Positions 1 to 11,475 of a stretch of 64,000 nucleotides of DNA are shown here, piece after piece. The DNA is from an uncultured Methanosarcinaceae archaeon (lineage in GTDB: Archaea > Halobacteriota > Methanosarcinia > Methanosarcinales > Methanosarcinaceae). Made by a program: the position numbers and the translations under genes. Location of the stretch: contig CAVSHT010000012.1 in NCBI GenBank assembly GCA_963727895.1, forward strand, positions 96,001 to 160,000. The letters are read 5' to 3'. Numbering within the stretch: position 1 is the first letter of the stretch; each line of letters opens with the position of its first letter. Under the pieces are notes generated by a model, which did no database searches, was not told the DNA's origin, and saw nothing but the letters and a program-made list of their open reading frames with translations.

Positions 1-84
1 TGAAATTAGTATATAAGCAAGTAATTTTTATTCATATTTGCAGTAGATCCAATGGAAGTACACCGTATTAATTCTTATGGTAAA

Positions 85-1351
85 GACCCGTTTGTTTCCA
101 CTGGAAATTATTTTTATATTAAAGACTCATTAAATAAACAATAACTAGAGAACCTAATTAATATACAATAAAAACTTTTTAATTCCATAATCCATTGAGG
201 TTAAATTTAAACTCCTTCCTTTCCAGTGGAAGAAACTATGTAATTTATTTATTAAATGTATTAACTTTTTTTACTTGAATTATAAGAATGAAAATTAAAA
301 TAAATAGGGTATTGTTAACTAAATATAGCTAGTTCTTTATTTCTGTATTTCATCAATAGAATAACCGAGTACTTTAGCATTTCAAGACTTTTTGTATAAC
401 ACTTTTATAAAATTGAGAGAGAGAAAACGAAAACGAAAAGAAATACATATAGTGAAGAAAAGTAAAAAAGTAAGAAAATGAAAACATAAAGAAAGACCCC
501 CTTATTTCGACTGGAAGGTTTATATAACCCCCGGACCCCATGGTTTCTACTGAAGGAAGGGTAAGGGTAAGCAACAAAATAAAAAGTATTATATTTTGTT
601 TAAAACTAAAAATAATGTTGTTTGGTTATGTGATTAATATTATATATAGGTTTCTATTACACCAGTAGTTTCGATTTGTTGTAGGTTCGAGTGACTACTC
701 ATATTAATTTTTAATTTTTATTTTATAGTTTTACAAGAAAAGCTTTCATTTCATCTATTTTGATTACATTTTTGATAATGTGTTCCAAAAATTTTCATAT
801 TAAAAAGCTCTAACATAAAATTTGTGCATAGTCTACACTAACCGATTTTATGATTTTTATTTGATTATATTTTAAAATATATATCTCTTAATCGAACGTG
901 AAGTGCTCGATTTCTGTCTTTATTAAATTTCGTTAAGCACTTCAGAAATAACTTTACTGAAATATTACATAACGAATCAATTCTGTTTATTACTGCTTTA
1001 ATAATGTCTTGATTGATTACTAATTTCATTTGATATGCTGTAATGTCAAGAACTGACTTTAAAACATTCAAAATATTATACATGATACATTGTATTACAA
1101 AAAATAGCGTCCTTGCAACAAGTGATTTAGAGCACGTTCATATCTTAAAATCATTTTTTACTCTATATACGGCTTCTATATCCCGTCTTTTCCTGTATTA
1201 TCAAGAAACAAATCAGTTTTAAAATTAGTGTCAAAAATACTTTGTTTAAAACTTATCATATACTAAAAATTTTATATATTGATTTGTTTTCTTGAAAGAT
1301 TTGTTCCTTATAGAATCTTAAAAAATCTTTCCAATAGAAATATAGGGGTCC
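85..1351. promoter_or_regulatory. Probable chromosomal replication origin (oriC) region with five ORB elements in AT-rich DNA
   Basis: ORB-like boxes TTCCAnTGGAAA-N-GGGG. Minus strand: 85-107 (tttccagtggaaacaaacgggtc), 211-232 (cttccactggaaaggaaggagt), 495-517 (cttccagtcgaaataagggggtc), 534-556 (ccttcagtagaaaccatggggtc). Plus strand: 1328-1351 (tttccaatagaaatataggggtcc). No credible CDS here; cdc6 is not inside the window. Confidence 0.85.
308..405 (-). mobile_element. IS1-family 3'-end fragment (terminal IR plus last transposase codons)
   Basis: Closely matches 23176-~23273 (ggt.ttgttaactaaa.atag...aataaccgagtactttagcatttcaagact), the end of the IS1 copy. Confidence 0.85.
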
Positions 1352-1670
1352 CTCTCTAAAGGCATCAAATTATGATATTATGATACCATCCACTCTTTTA
1401 AAATACTAATGCATTTATACATATATCTAGATTCTAAATATTCTTATTTTTATTATTTTGACATTTATTTATTTTATTTTATTTTATTTCTTTACTCTAT
1501 TTTTTCTTTTATTTATTTCATATATCCTAATTTTGATTTCCTATTGCTATTTCTATATTTTTCATTTCTATATAATTAATATTTTTTACCTTGCTATTAA
1601 AAGAGTTATTTAATAATTAGCAGTAATATTCCATAAGTCTTTTAAATTAAATTGGTTTTACCTTATCTAT

Positions 1671-2858
1671 ATGAATGATCAGGGGCTTTCTAAGAAGGAG
1701 ATATTTTCCTATCTGGAAAATGTAAAGTCAGAAGATACGGATTACTATAGGGTTTTAAGTTCAATGTGTACCCATCCACACAAAATTGCAGTTGAAGCTC
1801 ACAGGCTTTTTATTGAGGCTAACCTGGGTGACCTTGGACTCTTTGCAGGGGCAAGCAGGCTGGAAACTGAAGTAATCAGGATGCTAGGAAACCTTCTTCA
1901 TGCACAGTCTGTTGAATCATATTCTGGGAATTCCTATGAAAGTTCGGTTTGTGGTTATCTGACAACAGGTGGTACAGAATCCAATATTCAGGCTGTCAGG
2001 AGCATGAAAAACCTTGCTACTGCAGGCATGAGAAAATTAAGGGAAAATCCAAATATAGTCATTCCAGAATCAGCTCATTTTTCATTTGATAAAGTTGCCG
2101 ATATGATGGGCATTGAGATTAGAAGAGCCCGTTTGGATTCTGAATTCAGGGTGGATATGGAATCTGTGAAAAGTTTGATTGATGCAAATACCATAGGACT
2201 TGTAGGGATAGCAGGAAATACGGAATTCGGCCAGATAGATCCTATTGAGAAACTTGCAAAGATTGCTCTTGATAATGATATTTTTTTTCACGTCGATGCA
2301 GCTTTTGGAGGTTTTGTAATTCCATTCCTTGAGAATCCATATCCTTTTGATTTCAAAATTCCAGGTGTTACTTCCATTGCAATAGATCCTCATAAAATGG
2401 GTCTTTCTACCATTCCTTCAGGTGTCTTATTATTCAGATCTCCTTCTTTCCTTGATTCCCTCAAAGTAAGCACTCCCTACCTTACAACAAAGGCACAGTT
2501 TACTCTTACAGGTACTCGCAGTGGAGCTTCAGCTGCTGCCACATACGCTGTTATGAAATATTTAGGCTGCGAAGGATATAGAAAAAATGTACAATATTGT
2601 ATGCAGCTTACCAAAAAACTGGTTGAAGAAGCTCGAAAACTCGGTTTTGAACCTTTGATAGAACCCGTAATGAATGTAGTTGCCCTGAGAGTTCCAAGCC
2701 CCGATCTTGTTCGGAAACAACTCCTTGAAAATTTTGGATGGAATGTATCAATTACTCGTGATCCCAGATCTCTACGTTTGGTTTTAATGCCTCATAATAC
2801 TGATAAAGACATCGAAGAATTTTTAGAAGATTTGAAAAAAGTAACGGCAGAAATTTGA
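1671..2858 (+). CDS. mfnA: L-tyrosine/L-aspartate decarboxylase (PLP-dependent, group II)
   Basis: [14 protein letters not shown] and DPHKMG (PLP lysine) motifs; 395 aa. Confidence 0.92.
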   Translation: MNDQGLSKKEIFSYLENVKSEDTDYYRVLSSMCTHPHKIAVEAHRLFIEANLGDLGLFAGASRLETEVIRMLGNLLHAQSVESYSGNSYESSVCGYLTTGGTESNIQAVRSMKNLATAGMRKLRENPNIVIPESAHFSFDKVADMMGIEIRRARLDSEFRVDMESVKSLIDANTIGLVGIAGNTEFGQIDPIEKLAKIALDNDIFFHVDAAFGGFVIPFLENPYPFDFKIPGVTSIAIDPHKMGLSTIPSGVLLFRSPSFLDSLKVSTPYLTTKAQFTLTGTRSGASAAATYAVMKYLGCEGYRKNVQYCMQLTKKLVEEARKLGFEPLIEPVMNVVALRVPSPDLVRKQLLENFGWNVSITRDPRSLRLVLMPHNTDKDIEEFLEDLKKVTAEI

Positions 2859-3481
2859 AACTACTAAATTTAAAACTACTGATTTTTTGACCTGATTTTC
2901 TTCATCTTCTTGACTTCTCTACTTCCCTCGATTTCTTTATTTTTATTTTTATTTTTTAACTTTTTACATTTTGCTTATTTTTGCATTATATTATATTTCT
3001 TATATCTTTACATAATTATATCATCTTTATATATTTCTTACAGTTTTTGATGTGCCAGAACATGCAGCTATAACATGGAAGCAGTTATCTATAGTATTAT
3101 TACATATTATTGCCAAATAATATGTGGGAATATGTGGGTCAATTCCTTTTAGAGAAAAACTTTATACAGATATATTCAAAGGGAAAATTTGTAGAAAATT
3201 TAGGTATAAAATAGGCAGATTACTTTGAAGTTAGATTTTTTAATGAAAAGGTATAACTTAAAAGTTCATAATTTACTAAAAATATAATTATTTTAAAATC
3301 TCTTAAAAATTTAATAAGATATAATTATCTAAAATCTCTTGGAATTCATATTTAAAAACCCATATTTATAAATTCTACTTGGAAGTTCAAATTTAGAAGT
3401 TGGAATTAGTGTTTTATTCATCTTTATATATATAAATAAGTATAATAGCATTATAGAAATAAGAGTGGGAGTGCTTATTTC

Positions 3482-4576
3482 ATGAAATCTTCATTGAAAA
3501 TAGGAAGTGTAATGGGTATACCTATCAGGTTACATATAACTTTTCTTCTGATATTACCGATATTTGCTTATGTATTTGCGATTAACCCTCAGCCATTTGG
3601 TTTTGAGGGTGTCGAACCGCCTCTAACAAAATATGTGCTTTCTGTTCTGACTGCGATCCTGTTATTCGCTTCAATCATTGTACATGAACTAGCACATTCA
3701 TATATAGCAATGCGTTATGGAGTCAAAATTGAGAGTATCACTCTCTTTCTTTTTGGGGGAGTATCTTCCATGGAAGAGATGCCCAGGGAACCTGGGCAGG
3801 AAGCAAAAATGGCTTCTGCAGGGCCGTTAACGAGTCTTGTAATAGGCTTAGCCTGCCTTTTTATATATAGGAATTTTATCTCTCCTAGCTCTGAACTTTC
3901 TCAAAGCCCGGCATATCTTATTTTCTGGATTCTCGGCGCTATGAATTTGGTACTTGGGATTTTCAATCTACTGCCTGCTTTTCCAATGGACGGAGGTAGA
4001 GTACTCCGTGCTTTCTATGCAAGAAAAATGTCTTATGTGAAAGCTACTCAGAGTGCAGCAGCCGTTGGAAAGTTTTTTGCGATTCTCATGGCAATTTTCG
4101 GAATTATAGTAGGCAATCTCTGGTTTCCTCTAATTGCGCTTTTCATTTATGTCGGCGCATCAGAAGAAGAACGCTCTACGAGGGCTGAAGTAACTCTCGA
4201 AAATATTATTGTAAAGGATATCATGACAAAGAATGTAGTCTCTGTTAATTCTTCCATGAGCGTTGAAGATCTAATTCATTTTATGTTTGAGAAAAAACAT
4301 ATGGGTTATCCTGTAATGAAAGGAGACAGCTTGAAAGGAATTGTAACGTTTACCGATGTCCAGCGTGTTCCTTACCTTGAACGCTCCGCTGTCCTTATTT
4401 CAGATATCATGACTAGAAATGTTATATCTGTGCCTTCAGACGCACACGCAAGTGATGTCCTAAAATTGGTTTCGTCTAAGAACATTGGAAGAGTTATGGT
4501 TGTTGATAACGGATCAGTTGTAGGAATTCTTTCAAGGACTGATCTTGTACGGATTCTTAGATTAAGATCTGAATAA
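3482..4576 (+). CDS. M50 (site-2) family membrane zinc protease with C-terminal CBS pair
   Basis: HELAH and NLLPAFPMDGG motifs, hydrophobic segments, two CBS repeats. Confidence 0.92.
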   Translation: MKSSLKIGSVMGIPIRLHITFLLILPIFAYVFAINPQPFGFEGVEPPLTKYVLSVLTAILLFASIIVHELAHSYIAMRYGVKIESITLFLFGGVSSMEEMPREPGQEAKMASAGPLTSLVIGLACLFIYRNFISPSSELSQSPAYLIFWILGAMNLVLGIFNLLPAFPMDGGRVLRAFYARKMSYVKATQSAAAVGKFFAILMAIFGIIVGNLWFPLIALFIYVGASEEERSTRAEVTLENIIVKDIMTKNVVSVNSSMSVEDLIHFMFEKKHMGYPVMKGDSLKGIVTFTDVQRVPYLERSAVLISDIMTRNVISVPSDAHASDVLKLVSSKNIGRVMVVDNGSVVGILSRTDLVRILRLRSE

Positions 4577-4760
4577 TTCTAAAATACTTTATACTTTCAC
4601 TCTTATAATCTGGAATTAATCAACATTATTTATCAAAAAATGTTATTAAATAGAATTGTTGGGCTGAATTAAAATATTTAATCAAGACTTCTTTAAGAGA
4701 AAAGATAAATTATCAAAACAATTTTTATTAAAGAATTCATTAACAGAACACGGAAATATC

Positions 4761-4856
4761 AAAATAATTTCCATCTAAAATTTTCATCCAAAATTTCCAT
4801 CAAATAATTTTCATCAAATAATTTTCATCAAAAGATATTTTTATTAAAAGATATCA
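4761..4856. repeat. Degenerate 12-14 bp tandem repeat (AAATAATTTTCATC-like)
   Basis: About 5-6 imperfect copies visible. Confidence 0.6.
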
Positions 4857-5353
4857 ACTTCTTCAAATTATTTATTTATTTATTTCTCTCTACAACTATT
4901 GCAATGTAACTCCTAAGTGCAAGTTACTTATCGAAATTTAGCAATTTCAAATAATCAATTGAATTTATGATCACGGAAATAATTATAAAACTTTATAGAT
5001 TTGGGAATAAAATTGGTTTTAGGATCAAATCTAAAATGCTTAAACAAGCTTATGAAATATTATATATAATGAAGATTATAAACAGAAACGAAAATTTAGA
5101 AGCAGCAATATAATCTCTGGCAGATAATTACCACAAGTTAATCATCTGCTTATAGCTAAGTTCTTTCATATCGGTTATTTTATATGAAGTTTAATTATTC
5201 ATGCAGGTAAACACAGTTAGTGGTATTCTCATGCATAACTTAAATGCGTAGTAGTAGAGAGATTAACTATGAACAAACCTGAAAATTACAAATTCTCAGG
5301 ACAAGGATCCTTACTACATATTTCACAGTTCATCTAAGGAGTTAATATATTCT

Positions 5354-6808
5354 ATGGACAAACTTGTGACTGAATCCTCAGAAAATTCCATTTCTGGTGG
5401 AAAGTCTAAAATTTCTGGTTCTTCAACTAATATAACTAATATGTCACAGGAAGATACTTCTGTGCAATCACCCGAAACAGAGTCTAACAAACTTGAAACA
5501 AATCTTGATATAAGTTCTGAACTTATTCTAGATCCTATTTCTAATTCAGCTTCCGAAATTTCAATTTCTTCATCTTCCCAATTATCTGATGTAAACTCGG
5601 TTGAGTATCAGCCATCAAAAATTGTGCTTATAGGAACTGCTCACGTCTCGGAAAAGAGCGTTGATGAAGTCAAGGCTGCTATCAGAAACTTGAAACCGGA
5701 TATTGTAGCTGTTGAGCTTTGTAGAGGACGTTATAATTCCCTGAAAGGTAATGTGGTGCAGGAAGATCAGGTTCCTATCAAGGAAATTTTATCTCAAGGT
5801 AAGATCAATTATTATCTTATTCACTGGTTGCTCGCCTATGTGCAAAAAAAGATCGGTGACGATATGGGTGTAAAACCCGGGGCTGAGATGATTTCCGCAA
5901 TAGAAGAAGCCGAGTCTATAGGAGCCAATATTGCTTTAATTGATAGGGACATCCAGGTGACGCTTCAGCGTTTCTGGGGAAAAATGAAATTCCTGGAAAA
6001 AATTAAAATGCTCAGCTCTCTGCTAGGTGGTCTCATAGGAATTGGAAAAGGAACAGAGATTGATATTGATAATATAACAGATACTGATGTTGTGACTGCC
6101 CTTGTAAATGAGCTAAGAGGGTTTGCCCCGACTGCAGCTGAAGTCTTGATCGATGAAAGGGATGCTTATCTTGCCGGAAATCTCGTTAATGTAGCTGCAG
6201 GTGGAAACAAAACTGTTGTTGCTGTAATAGGAGCAGGACATAAGCCCGGAGTGACCAAATATCTAAAAAATCCAAAGACCATTCCTCCCCTTAATTCACT
6301 TATGGATATTCCAAAAAAACGTTTTAGCATTGGAAAAATTATTGGTTTTGGTCTTGTTGGGATTGTACTTATATTTTTCTTGTTACTGCTTCTTTCAGGT
6401 GTTTCACTTAAACTTCTTTTGATAGCGTTCGGGTGCTGGTTCATTATTACCGGGACTCTCAGCGCAATTGGAACCGTGCTTGCAGGTGGACATCCTTACT
6501 CAGTTCTGACTGCTTTTTCAGTTGCTTGGCTAACCACTCTTCACCCATTGCTAGCTGCAGGATGGTTTGCTGGCCTAGTAGAAGCAAAACAACGAAATCC
6601 TACTATTGCAGATATAAAAGCTCTTGCAGGAGTAGATACCTTCAAAGAGATGTTCAAAAACAAGTTTATGCGTGTTCTTCTGGTTGCAAGTTTTGCAAAC
6701 GTTGGAAGTGCAACAGGATTTTTCGTTGCTGCTTATGTTATGATGCGCGTTACCGGTCTTGGCCCGATGGATATTATTCATGTTGGCCTCAATACAATCG
6801 GTCTTTAA
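5354..6808 (+). CDS. TraB/PrgY-family (pheromone shutdown-related) membrane protein
   Basis: IGTAHVS, VAVELC, ERD and VIGAGH motifs; C-terminal TM region; Ser-rich N-terminus; true start may be at 5269 (see findings). Confidence 0.88.
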   Translation: MDKLVTESSENSISGGKSKISGSSTNITNMSQEDTSVQSPETESNKLETNLDISSELILDPISNSASEISISSSSQLSDVNSVEYQPSKIVLIGTAHVSEKSVDEVKAAIRNLKPDIVAVELCRGRYNSLKGNVVQEDQVPIKEILSQGKINYYLIHWLLAYVQKKIGDDMGVKPGAEMISAIEEAESIGANIALIDRDIQVTLQRFWGKMKFLEKIKMLSSLLGGLIGIGKGTEIDIDNITDTDVVTALVNELRGFAPTAAEVLIDERDAYLAGNLVNVAAGGNKTVVAVIGAGHKPGVTKYLKNPKTIPPLNSLMDIPKKRFSIGKIIGFGLVGIVLIFFLLLLLSGVSLKLLLIAFGCWFIITGTLSAIGTVLAGGHPYSVLTAFSVAWLTTLHPLLAAGWFAGLVEAKQRNPTIADIKALAGVDTFKEMFKNKFMRVLLVASFANVGSATGFFVAAYVMMRVTGLGPMDIIHVGLNTIGL

Positions 6809-7041
6809 AGAATTTGACATTTTTATATTCAAGGCGGAGTTAAACAGTCATATTATAAATTCTAATTTTTTTTCTATTATATACTCTTTAAAATTAGTCC
6901 TGGTATTCAATATTTTTATCCAATGTTTATTTTTTGTACAAACATTTGTTCTTTTTTACATTCACTGCCATAAAAGTGTATACAGATAATTAGTGAACTC
7001 GAAAAAAAGAAAAGAGAAAAATAAAAAATGAAGAAAAAAGT

Positions 7042-7941
7042 TTAAACTTGGAAGAGTTCGTGAAGTTTGAACTGATATTTTCCGAGTTTTCCACCGTAAT
7101 TTCCTGCGGAGATTTTCTTGATACCTGGTACAGTTACAGCGGCTTTGATTCCTGCTTTCATTGCAGCTTTTATGCTTTCTTCATCAAGTCCATTGATGAC
7201 GATTTCATAAACAGCATTGACATCTGCCGGAATTTCAGTGTTTTCAACCTTATCTTTTATGGAAGGACAGAATTTTTCATTAGCAGTAGCTTTCAGGAAT
7301 TTATATTTGTTTGCTCCGGATTTGGATCCACTGGCCACAATGCCGCCAGGGAAAGGAGTAATTGTGTTTTCAATTTCTCCAATTGCATCAACAGCAACTT
7401 CTGCTGCAGTCAGGGCACTCATTTGAGAATCTCCGAAGATGAAGAAATTTCCACCGGCAATTCCAGCTATAGCCCCTATATTTTCTTCGTTAAGGAAATC
7501 TCCTTCCATAATTGGGATTTTGTATACTTTGCGGCCTGCAATCTGGGTTTCTGATTCCATACCATCTGCAAAGAATTTGAGTTTAAAGCCTATATTGAAC
7601 TGTTTTTCAGCTTCAGGAAGTCCATTGAAAACTGCAGTTGTGGGAGCTGTAAGCACGCACTGTCCAATTCGTTCAAGTAGCTGGTTTTCCATGGCTTCAT
7701 ATTTAAAAGTGCAAATTTGTATATAAACTCCAGGCCTTCCATCAGGGGTTTCACAGGGGCTTGCAAATCTCTCAATCCCTGCTTCAGCAGGACACATTAT
7801 AACAGATGTAGCGAAACCAGTAGCTTCGGTAGCTGCTATAAGGGCCCAGTGCTTTGTAGCAGCTGTTATGAGTACCCTCGATATCTTGATCGGAAACGCT
7901 TCTGCATATGTATCATCAATTTCTACTCCATTAATTTCCAT
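7042..7941 (-). CDS. ftr: Formylmethanofuran:tetrahydromethanopterin formyltransferase
   Basis: MEINGVEIDDTYAEAF N-terminus; ETPDGRPG and SAGNYGGKLG motifs. Confidence 0.97.
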   Translation of the reverse strand: MEINGVEIDDTYAEAFPIKISRVLITAATKHWALIAATEATGFATSVIMCPAEAGIERFASPCETPDGRPGVYIQICTFKYEAMENQLLERIGQCVLTAPTTAVFNGLPEAEKQFNIGFKLKFFADGMESETQIAGRKVYKIPIMEGDFLNEENIGAIAGIAGGNFFIFGDSQMSALTAAEVAVDAIGEIENTITPFPGGIVASGSKSGANKYKFLKATANEKFCPSIKDKVENTEIPADVNAVYEIVINGLDEESIKAAMKAGIKAAVTVPGIKKISAGNYGGKLGKYQFKLHELFQV

Positions 7942-8688
7942 AAAAATCTCTCACTTTTTTGTTGTTGATATTTTGAAATTAATTCGGGAATATTCAGGGC
8001 TTTGTCCTTTATTTCCCAGTCTTCTATAAGTTTCCAGTCTTCAATAAACTTTTAAAACTTTCCAGATACTTACAGAATAACATAGTATAGTATTTACTTA
8101 GAGTGTTGAGTTTAATGTATATTTAATGCACTAAGGGTATTAGCTAAAATACTACACACTTAAAATCCTGTTTTACTTCAGACTTGTTTATAGGACTAAT
8201 TATGTCAATTATAATATTTATTTCAAATATATAATTTTTCAAAGAAAAGATTAAGAGGACAAAATAACTACTTGAAACATCATTTTCTTTTTTAAATATC
8301 TCTATCAAATTTTAAGTTACACTGTAAGTAACATAGAAATTATGTTATCTTTATTCTAATAGCTAAAGAGTTGACTGCCATATCCGATAACCCCTCGATT
8401 TCCACTGCAACTTACTTTATAACTAAAGCTGTAACTTCATTTTATTTTGTCTGTTTTTCACATGTCATCATTTCAATAACAAAAAAGTTATCATCTAACG
8501 TTGATGAGTGTTTTATCCTGGGCTCTGTTATCTCAGTTTTCACTTCCATTGCAAGTATTTATTCTACTGAATTTTTGAGACTTATTTTTTAAAGTTTATC
8601 CAGTAGGTTAATATTTCTATAGTACAATTCTTATCTCATACTTTGGTATACAGCAAACAATATATACCGGTTTTCTACACTTCTCTTT

Positions 8689-9138
8689 ATGAATGACCAA
8701 AATTATCCTGAATTTACAGGCCTTGAGCTCTCTCCAAGAAAGGTAGATTATCTCAAGTTTATTCTTGAAAAAGGGAACACTGTAAAAACCACTGAGATCT
8801 CTTCAGGCCTACAGGTGGACCCTTCAACCACAACCAAGACTTTAAACGAGCTTGCAAACACAGGCTACCTGAATCACATTCCTTACAGAGGTGTCGACCT
8901 GACAGAAATGGGTGAGGCGTTTGCACAATTTCTTGTTCGAAGGCATAGGATTCTGAGTCTTCTTTTAACTCATTATGGACTTTCGTCAGAGGAGGCATGT
9001 AGCGAAGTTTCGCGTTTTGAGGCTTTTGTTTCCAGGGATGCTGTAGACAAAATATGCAGTTCAATGGGACATCCGATGTTCGGAGTATGCGGAAAAATAA
9101 CTCATGGAGAATGCCTGTATGAAGGAAATCGCCATTGA
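8689..9138 (+). CDS. DtxR/MntR-family metal-dependent transcriptional regulator
   Basis: DYLK..HTH..PYRGVDLT..RRHRIL..GHP..CG pattern. Confidence 0.9.
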   Translation: MNDQNYPEFTGLELSPRKVDYLKFILEKGNTVKTTEISSGLQVDPSTTTKTLNELANTGYLNHIPYRGVDLTEMGEAFAQFLVRRHRILSLLLTHYGLSSEEACSEVSRFEAFVSRDAVDKICSSMGHPMFGVCGKITHGECLYEGNRH

Positions 9139-9410
9139 TCACCTGACAAAATGCTAAACAAAAAGTATTAAGGTGTCATTTTATATCATTAAACGTTACT
9201 TAAAATATTTCAAGTGTTAAAGGATGTTAATAGAACGTTATGTAATGATAACTGAAGCATTAATGTTGATAAAACCGCGAGTAAGCTTATGACAAATTTG
9301 GGTTTACACCAAAAATACTCGTTAATAGCTCAAAAATTTTGGTATATGTCAAATATGGCATATGACATAATTTGGATATATGTAGCTTTCTCCTCAATGA
9401 CGGTCTTATC

Positions 9411-10266
9411 GGTTCCGTTGCAAAAAATCTCAGAATAAGCATGTAAATCTATAGACAATGAACAGAAGTTAAAATATTCAAGAAGATGTATCAATATTAT
9501 AGAACTATTCCAAATAATTGATTAATATATTTAGCTTCATTAAGACCAGAGTAATTTAGATTCTTGACTTGTCCTTTTTTAATCATATTCATCGCTTCAA
9601 TTCCTTTTAAAGTTTTAATAGCTGTGTTAAAAGACTGAAATCCTAACATTGGATTAACTATTCGTTTAATGGATCTATGATCTTGTTCTATAATGTTATT
9701 CAAATACTTGATTTGTCGAATGCCTACGTTTATAGGTAGTATTTTATCATTTTTCAGTTTATTTATAGCAGGTGGATAAGCTGGATTTTTATCAACTGTT
9801 ATTACTCTTGGAATTTGATTATGATTAGAATTCAAAGCTTTTTTGAAGAATCTGTTCGCTGCTTTTTGGTCTCGTTTTGCACTTAACATAAAATCAATTG
9901 TATCTCCATTTGAGTCAACTGCTCGGTAAAAATATTTCCATTTACCTTTAATTCTGATATAAGTTTCATCAACTCTCCAAGAGTCGTTTGTTGGTCTTAA
10001 ATGCCTTCTGACCTTTTTTTCAATTTCAGGTGAATATTGATGTACCCATCTCATGATAGTACTGTGATCAACTTCTACTCCCCTTTCTGCCATCATTTCC
10101 TTTAAATTTCGATAACTTAATGGATATTTTAAGTACCATCTAACATTCAATAAAATAATTTCACCCACAAAATGCTTCCATTTAAAGGGATTAGATAGCA
10201 TGTCATTATCCTTTACTTCCCTTTTATTTGATTATATCCTTAACAGATATTTTTTGCAACGGAACC
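9411..10266 (-). mobile_element. IS6-family insertion sequence, 856 bp
   Basis: Perfect 18-bp terminal IRs ggttccgttgcaaaaaat (9411-9428 and 10249-10266); no flanking direct repeat. Confidence 0.95.
9497..10201 (-). CDS. IS6-family DDE transposase (intact)
   Basis: FKWKHF, WRVDETY, TVDKNPAY and NNIIEQDHR motifs. Confidence 0.96.
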   Translation of the reverse strand: MLSNPFKWKHFVGEIILLNVRWYLKYPLSYRNLKEMMAERGVEVDHSTIMRWVHQYSPEIEKKVRRHLRPTNDSWRVDETYIRIKGKWKYFYRAVDSNGDTIDFMLSAKRDQKAANRFFKKALNSNHNQIPRVITVDKNPAYPPAINKLKNDKILPINVGIRQIKYLNNIIEQDHRSIKRIVNPMLGFQSFNTAIKTLKGIEAMNMIKKGQVKNLNYSGLNEAKYINQLFGIVL

Positions 10267-10723
10267 TAGACTTGCAGCTATTGGGATGGAAATACTTGAA
10301 AATAGAAGAATTTCAGGGGTTTAAGAGACTCCTATCTCCATTTTTTATAAGCTTTTAAATTCATGTTTTCCTAATTATATTTATTCTGTTTTATTATGAC
10401 ATAATTTTATATATGGTGAGATGTAAGAGCGTAAACGTTTAATGGGTTTTATTTTATAGAATTCCAGGACTAAACCTCTCAGGCTGGATTCATAATGAAA
10501 AAAATAGAATCTGAAGCATTTAATCCATATGCGTATAATCGCTTCGAGTGGGGAAGTGACGGATACGTCGGCAAATCAAACACAATAGATTTATTTGGAG
10601 CCACCCTAAGCCAATCCAATAAATGTATCTGAAAGCCACCTCAAAGCAAGTGCCTGAACCCGTTATTTTAAACGGGAACTATCCGACTGTTTACTAAAAC
10701 AAGATGTCACGTCAGGTGATAAA

Positions 10724-11179
10724 ATGGACCATGATACAACCCGGGATCAAAATGTAAAAGAAAACGAAACTTTTGATGGAGAATACCTCGATCTCCCAGA
10801 TATCCCCCTTCCTGAAACTGATAATGTGCTGTACTCAATTTTGAATTCGTTAAATCAGAATATTGCAGATTTTCATACCTTTGTAAAATTTAATTCCTAT
10901 CTTTCTGAAGACCATCTAAACGTTGAACTACTTAAAAGAAGCATGGGTATTCACAGGGACTTTACAGCTCTGTTTCTGCACACCAAAGAAGAGATGTTAT
11001 TTACCTATCCCGAATTTATTGAGAAAACCGAAAAGGTGCTTTTCAAGGGAAGTGTAGGTACTGACTGTATAAAATATACTAGTAAATTGTGCAGAGTAAT
11101 AAGTGATTACAAAATAGCTCTTCACAGAGAAGGATATTTGCCTGATCTTCGAAGGCAGTTACCATTGGTTGATCTTTGA
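10724..11179 (+). CDS. Hypothetical protein, 151 aa
   Basis: RBS-like aggtga just upstream; normal composition; no recognised motif. Confidence 0.65.
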   Translation: MDHDTTRDQNVKENETFDGEYLDLPDIPLPETDNVLYSILNSLNQNIADFHTFVKFNSYLSEDHLNVELLKRSMGIHRDFTALFLHTKEEMLFTYPEFIEKTEKVLFKGSVGTDCIKYTSKLCRVISDYKIALHREGYLPDLRRQLPLVDL

Positions 11180-11475
11180 TCAGCTATAACTTATTTTTTC
11201 TATAAAGTTATTTTTTAAAATTTAATTCCAGGTTTCTGCTCTTATATTTCAGATATTCTGATTCTTTGACGTGTCTAAAAACTTATAAAAACCTTCAAAA
11301 CTAATAATTTTAAGAATCAAAGCTTCTTCCAAGTTTAAATTTAATCAAATACAAAAAGAAAATTTTCTCCTATTTAAATCTATACTTTTAGTGTATTTTT
11401 TAGTACTTCTATTAATTTATATTTATTTTTCAGTACATCAATAGTTTTATATAAAAAAAAGTTATCTGAGATGCA

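Noticed and set aside
374..1083. 67-aa and 72-aa ORFs in the origin region
   Set aside because: Low-complexity AT-rich translations overlapping ORBs and an IS fragment, with no motifs.
8371..8592. 73-aa ORF or minus-strand remnant upstream of the DtxR-family gene
   Set aside because: No RBS or motif; the minus-strand frame is interrupted and cannot be assigned.
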